IMG/VR virus record: IMGVR_UViG_3300029310_000398
Span: 1 to 64,000 of that record
Reading direction: 5' to 3' (one strand)
DNA from: a virus
Length of the DNA: 64,000 bases
Shown here: piece after piece, positions 59,810 through 64,000 of the stretch
Layout: each line of letters opens with the position of its first letter
How positions within the stretch are numbered: position 1 is the first letter of the stretch
Program-made: the position numbers and the translations under genes
Notes under the pieces: generated by a model
The model's input: the letters and a program-made list of their open reading frames with translations, nothing else
Told to the model about the DNA's origin: nothing
Databases searched by the model: none

Positions 59810-59840
59810 AAAAAAATTGAGCCGGAGGTTTTCTCCGGCC
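59810..59840 (-). terminator. intrinsic terminator of the second adhesin gene
   Basis: GCCGGAG-(5 nt)-CTCCGGC stem, followed on the - strand by TCAATTTTTTT. Confidence 0.7.
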
Positions 59841-59880
59841 CAATTTTGGGTTTCTATGAGGTTTGCTGACCCCATTTAAG

Positions 59881-62800
59881 TTATTTGTTCTTCTTGCGCT
59901 TGATGGTGGACACGACAACAACCACAACTACCGCACCCAGAGCAATCGCTCCGATTGCGATGTAGATGCCGATTCCGCTATCGCCGGTCTTGGGAGAAAC
60001 GGTGACAGTCACAGTTTGACCAGCATCATTGATATCGGTATGACTCAGGTACAGAGTGCCAGCCACGTCCTTACCGACGTACATCTCCTCAAATACGACA
60101 ATCTTCGCACCCTTGATGTTCCCCGCGTTAAAGGAGAACTTCATATCAACGGAGCCATCGGAGGTCTTCGGGGTAAATGTCAGCGTGGAGGTCACTTCCC
60201 TATCGTTCGTGTCGCGGAGCGCCACGCCCGTCTGAGAATCCATCAACTTACCAACCAGCGTGTAGGTCTGGCCGACAGTCAGACCGGAGTAGCTCACGGT
60301 ATCCACAATCACAAGGCGAGAGGCATAGCCGCTGGACTTTGCGCCATTGGCAAATGTTGCCGTCGTGCTCATGGTAGGACCGCTGCGATAATGGATACGG
60401 TCAACGGTCACGGTCTGCTCCTCATCCGTGATGTCGGCGTGAGCAGCGATACTCATGTTGTCGTAGAAGAGTTCCTCGTAGACGACAAGGGTCTTCCCTG
60501 CCACGGAACGAGCGCTGAAGATGAAGGATACGGTCGTTGTGCTATCAGCCTTTTCAGGAGTAAAGGTCGCTGTTGCGGTCAAAGGCTTATTGTCCTTGTC
60601 CATTACGGCCTTACCCTCGAACTTGTCGCCAGTCTTCACCTTCTCCATCAGAGTACCGACCAGTGTGTACTCATGGCCGGGAATGAGACCTGTGTAGGTC
60701 ACAGTATCGACCAGTTCGGCCTTTTCATACGGTGAGAAAGTCTTCTTTCCGGTGGAGGCATTGGAAGCAGATGTCTTGACAGACGGGTTTGTGAAGGTAA
60801 CGGTCTGAGCAGCATCCTCCAAGTCCTCGTGAGTTGTCAGTGCGGTTTCATCGCCCTCATTATAGAAGAGGTACTCGAAAACAACGACATCCTTACCTGC
60901 AAGGGCTTTACCATCGAACTCGAATACCACACCGACGGAACCGGAAAGCGCATCGGGAGTAAAGGATGTAGATGCTGTGACAGGATTGCCGTCCTTATCA
61001 TTCACTGCCTCGCCAGATGCCTTATCCATCAGCTTTCCGACAAGCGTATACTTGTGGGCAGCGGAGAGATGGTCATACTTCACGGTATCGACCAAAACAA
61101 CCTTTTCTGCAGGGTCGAACAGCTTTCCGCCATCGGCCTTGTTGGTCGCAGTAGTACCAACAATAATGGGAGCCTTGACGTCAACAGACTGGTCTTCGTC
61201 ATTGATATCCTTGTGAGATGCAACAACAGAATTACCATAGTACAGGTTCTCAAAAACGACCAGCGTACGTCCAAAGAAAGTACGTGCGTCGAACTTGAAC
61301 TCAACAACCACGGAACCACTCTCCGCCTCAGGCGTAAAGGTGGCCTCTGCGGTGATGGTCTTCCCTTCTGTGTTCTCTACGGGCTTGCCGGTTGCCTTAT
61401 CCATCAGAGTACCGACAACCTTGTACGTATGCCCGACGATGAGGCCTTCGTAGGTCACGGTATCCTTCAGTACGACATCAGCAGTAGGCTCAAACACCTT
61501 CGTGCTATCAGCGGCGTTCTCAGCGGAGGTCTTGATGGAAGACTTCACCACGGTCACGGTCTGGTCAGCATCCTCAATATCCTTATGAGCCGCAACAGGG
61601 TTCTTATCGTCGGCATTAAAGAACAGCTCTTCAAATACCACGATGTCACGTCCCTTTACGGAGGAGGCGTCAAACTCGATTGCAGCGACGACCGAGCCGG
61701 CAGTGCTCTCCGGAGCGAACTGCATCTCCGCAACAACAGGTACACCGTTGTTCAGCACAGGCTCACCGGTGGTCTTGTCAACCAAGCTGCTTCTCAGCGT
61801 GTAGGTGTGACCGGTAGACAGGTGGCGATACACCACGGTATCGTTGATGATAGAGGTTTCAGAGGCATCAATGAGCTTGCCCTCATCAACTGCGCTCACC
61901 GCGATAGTTCGCATAATTTCAGGGTTATGGACCGTGGTGGTTTGCTCCTCATCATTGATATCCTCGTGAGATGCAATGACAGTCCCGTTAAACAGGAGCT
62001 TCTCAAATGCCACGATAGTCTTACCGTACAGTTCGGTTGCAGCAAAGGTAAACTCGACATCGACCGTACCGCAGGCAGCTTCGGGGACGAACTCGACGGA
62101 AGCAGTTACGATGTTTCCATCAATATCCTTGATGGCTTTCCCAGTTTCCTCATCCATCAGGGTTCCGGTCACGGTGTACTTGTGTCCCACAATAAGGTTG
62201 TTGTAGAACACAGTATCCTTCAGCGTGACCGTGGTATCCGGCTCAAACACCTTACCGTTATCCCCTTTGTTCACGGCAACAGTCTGTACTTCAGGGTTCG
62301 TCACAGAGACGGTCTGGCTGCCATCGTCGATATCCTTATGGACTGCAACAGGTTCCGTATCATCGGCATTGAAGTAGATTTCCTCGAATACGACGATGTC
62401 CTTTCCCTTCATGAAAGAAGCATTGAAAGTGAACTGCATATCCACAGAGCCACTTGTTGCCGAAGGCGTGAAGGTCTGTTCGAATACAACCTCTGCTCCG
62501 CCGTTCTTGATAGGTTCACCAGTCTCCTTGTTCATCAACGTACCATGCAACGTGTATTCGTGGCCGGTGGAGAGATGCTCATAGGCGACAGTATCAGTAA
62601 TTTTTACGTTTGCTGCGGGGTCGATGAACTTACCGCCATCAAGTGTTCCAACTGCTGTCGTACCAGTGATATTGGGGTTATGGACCTGCACGGTCTGACC
62701 CTTATCATTGATATTTTCGTGAGAGGCAATCTCGGTATCGTTGTAGAAAATCTTCTCAAATACCACGAGGTCTTTGCCGAACAGCCCGGTAGCAGCAAAG

Positions 62801-64000
62801 GTGAACTCAACATCAATGCTGCCGCTGGCATCCTTTGCCTTGAAGGTCTTCTCAACTGTAATCGCATCACCATTTGCATCGACCACAGGCTTACCGGTTG
62901 CCTTATCCATCAGCGTTCCGGAAACCTTATATGTATGACCGTCAATCAGGCCAGTGAAGGAAACAGTATCCAGAATAGTGACCTTCTTTTCAGGTTCAAG
63001 CATTTTGCTGCCATCAGCCTTATTGGAAGCTGTGGTCTTAACAGTGGGTTTCGCTACCGTTACAGTCTGCCCTTCATCGTCAAGGTCTTTGTGGGATGCA
63101 ACCGCAACAGACTGCTGCTCGTAGAACAGTTCCTCGAAAACTACGATGTCCTTACCCTGCATACCCGTTGCATCGAAAGTAAACTCCATGTCGATGCTGC
63201 CGTATGCCTTCTTTGCGGTGAAGGATTTCTCAACGACAATAGGCATTCCGTTCAGCAGAACAGGCTCACCAGAAGTCTGATAAACCAGTGTCCCACGCAG
63301 CTTATAGTCATGCTTTGCTGACAGGTGTTCATACTTAACAGTATCGCGGATTACGACGTTTCCGGCTGCATCAATGAATTTTCCGCCGCCCTCGCCGTTC
63401 TCTGCGGTTGTATCAGACAGTTCAGGCATATAGAACGTTGCAGACTGGTCAACATCATTGATGTCTTCATGCTTGGCGATGATATTTCCATCATAGAAAA
63501 CAGTCTCAAACGCCACGACCGTCTTCCCAAACAGCGCTGAGGAGTCAAACGTAAAGTAGACATCAACAGAACCGTCGGAAGATGTGGGTACAAAAATCGT
63601 CTTGCCAGTGATTTCACCGTTTCCGCCAACCAGCACACGGCCAGTAGCCTTATCCATCAGGCGGCCTTCAGCAACATAGGTATGGCCGGGGATGAGATTA
63701 TGGTAGTTCACGGTATCGACAAGAACAGTAGCCAAGGAAGAGACGAAGAACTGGTTCTTGTCAGGGCTTGCGTTCATCGTCGTACCAATGCTGGGCTCGG
63801 TGACAATCACGGTCTGCGCTTCATCACGGAGGTCAGTGTGCTTTGCACAAGGCTCTGTATCATCTTCATTGAAGAATAGTTCCTCAAAGACCACAACACT
63901 CTTGCCTGCGAGCTGAGAGGCATTCAAAGTGAATGTCATATCCACGGAGCCAAAAGTCCGCTTCGGTGTAAACTTGATAGATACAACCGTGTTGGGCAGT
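59881..64000 (-). CDS. second giant repeat adhesin, C-terminal 1373 codons only (5' end beyond the window)
   Basis: The frame stays open to nt 64000; the codons upstream of the track's Met read LPNTVVSIKFTPKRTFGSVD with no stop. About ten VaFE/ester-type repeats with H.DI(N/D)D..QTV. C-terminal SPKTGD, hydrophobic helix and KRKKNK. Confidence 0.85.
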   Translation of the reverse strand, partial: LPNTVVSIKFTPKRTFGSVDMTFTLNASQLAGKSVVVFEELFFNEDDTEPCAKHTDLRDEAQTVIVTEPSIGTTMNASPDKNQFFVSSLATVLVDTVNYHNLIPGHTYVAEGRLMDKATGRVLVGGNGEITGKTIFVPTSSDGSVDVYFTFDSSALFGKTVVAFETVFYDGNIIAKHEDINDVDQSATFYMPELSDTTAENGEGGGKFIDAAGNVVIRDTVKYEHLSAKHDYKLRGTLVYQTSGEPVLLNGMPIVVEKSFTAKKAYGSIDMEFTFDATGMQGKDIVVFEELFYEQQSVAVASHKDLDDEGQTVTVAKPTVKTTASNKADGSKMLEPEKKVTILDTVSFTGLIDGHTYKVSGTLMDKATGKPVVDANGDAITVEKTFKAKDASGSIDVEFTFAATGLFGKDLVVFEKIFYNDTEIASHENINDKGQTVQVHNPNITGTTAVGTLDGGKFIDPAANVKITDTVAYEHLSTGHEYTLHGTLMNKETGEPIKNGGAEVVFEQTFTPSATSGSVDMQFTFNASFMKGKDIVVFEEIYFNADDTEPVAVHKDIDDGSQTVSVTNPEVQTVAVNKGDNGKVFEPDTTVTLKDTVFYNNLIVGHKYTVTGTLMDEETGKAIKDIDGNIVTASVEFVPEAACGTVDVEFTFAATELYGKTIVAFEKLLFNGTVIASHEDINDEEQTTTVHNPEIMRTIAVSAVDEGKLIDASETSIINDTVVYRHLSTGHTYTLRSSLVDKTTGEPVLNNGVPVVAEMQFAPESTAGSVVAAIEFDASSVKGRDIVVFEELFFNADDKNPVAAHKDIEDADQTVTVVKSSIKTSAENAADSTKVFEPTADVVLKDTVTYEGLIVGHTYKVVGTLMDKATGKPVENTEGKTITAEATFTPEAESGSVVVEFKFDARTFFGRTLVVFENLYYGNSVVASHKDINDEDQSVDVKAPIIVGTTATNKADGGKLFDPAEKVVLVDTVKYDHLSAAHKYTLVGKLMDKASGEAVNDKDGNPVTASTSFTPDALSGSVGVVFEFDGKALAGKDVVVFEYLFYNEGDETALTTHEDLEDAAQTVTFTNPSVKTSASNASTGKKTFSPYEKAELVDTVTYTGLIPGHEYTLVGTLMEKVKTGDKFEGKAVMDKDNKPLTATATFTPEKADSTTTVSFIFSARSVAGKTLVVYEELFYDNMSIAAHADITDEEQTVTVDRIHYRSGPTMSTTATFANGAKSSGYASRLVIVDTVSYSGLTVGQTYTLVGKLMDSQTGVALRDTNDREVTSTLTFTPKTSDGSVDMKFSFNAGNIKGAKIVVFEEMYVGKDVAGTLYLSHTDINDAGQTVTVTVSPKTGDSGIGIYIAIGAIALGAVVVVVVVSTIKRKKNK

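Noticed and set aside
60829-63321. 830-aa ORF on the + strand
   Set aside because: Same situation: it is antisense to the second repeat adhesin and is an artefact of a stop-poor reverse frame.

Overview
This 64-kb window reads like accessory DNA of a large Gram-positive (Clostridia-like) conjugative element or plasmid. Supporting signs are GGAGG-type RBSs (very often GAAAGGAGAAA), lipoboxes, sortase-type sorting signals, and about 50-55% G+C in spot counts. I see no rRNA, CRISPR array, transposase, integrase, relaxase or T4SS gene. LEFT 34 kb (30-33,830): about 47 genes, all on the + strand, are arranged in six cassettes. Each cassette opens with a nearly identical module: an 87-bp invariant core carrying a consensus-like promoter, a leader of about 100 nt ending in an intrinsic terminator whose stem is kept by compensatory changes, and a conserved RBS block. 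Each cassette closes with its own terminator. Most cassette genes are small and unrecognisable. The recognisable ones are typical of host-takeover or anti-defence cargo: two XRE regulators, a zeta-toxin-like kinase module, a MazF-like protein, a MoxR-type AAA+ ATPase with a metallopeptidase-VWA partner, a Lar-like zinc ribbon, a Fic enzyme and an ADP-ribosyltransferase-HD fusion. The repeated promoter-leader-terminator module is the feature I consider most likely to be new; I read it as a candidate processive-antitermination regulon or a multicopy small-RNA family. Next in interest is a phased 4 x 34-bp CCCGACTAAA iteron array. RIGHT 30 kb (mostly - strand): an operon of unknown function, tRNA-Ser(UGA), flotillin, a secreted non-specific nuclease, membrane proteins and lipoproteins, a YdjM-type hydrolase, topoisomerase III whose Toprim N-terminus requires a non-canonical start, a low-GC two-gene insertion, and two giant repeat adhesins. 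One adhesin is complete, with a thioester-type head, CnaB-type repeats and ester-bond-type repeats; the other is truncated by the window edge. All functional calls rest on motifs I recognise by eye. No database search or structure prediction was possible, so family assignments are provisional.
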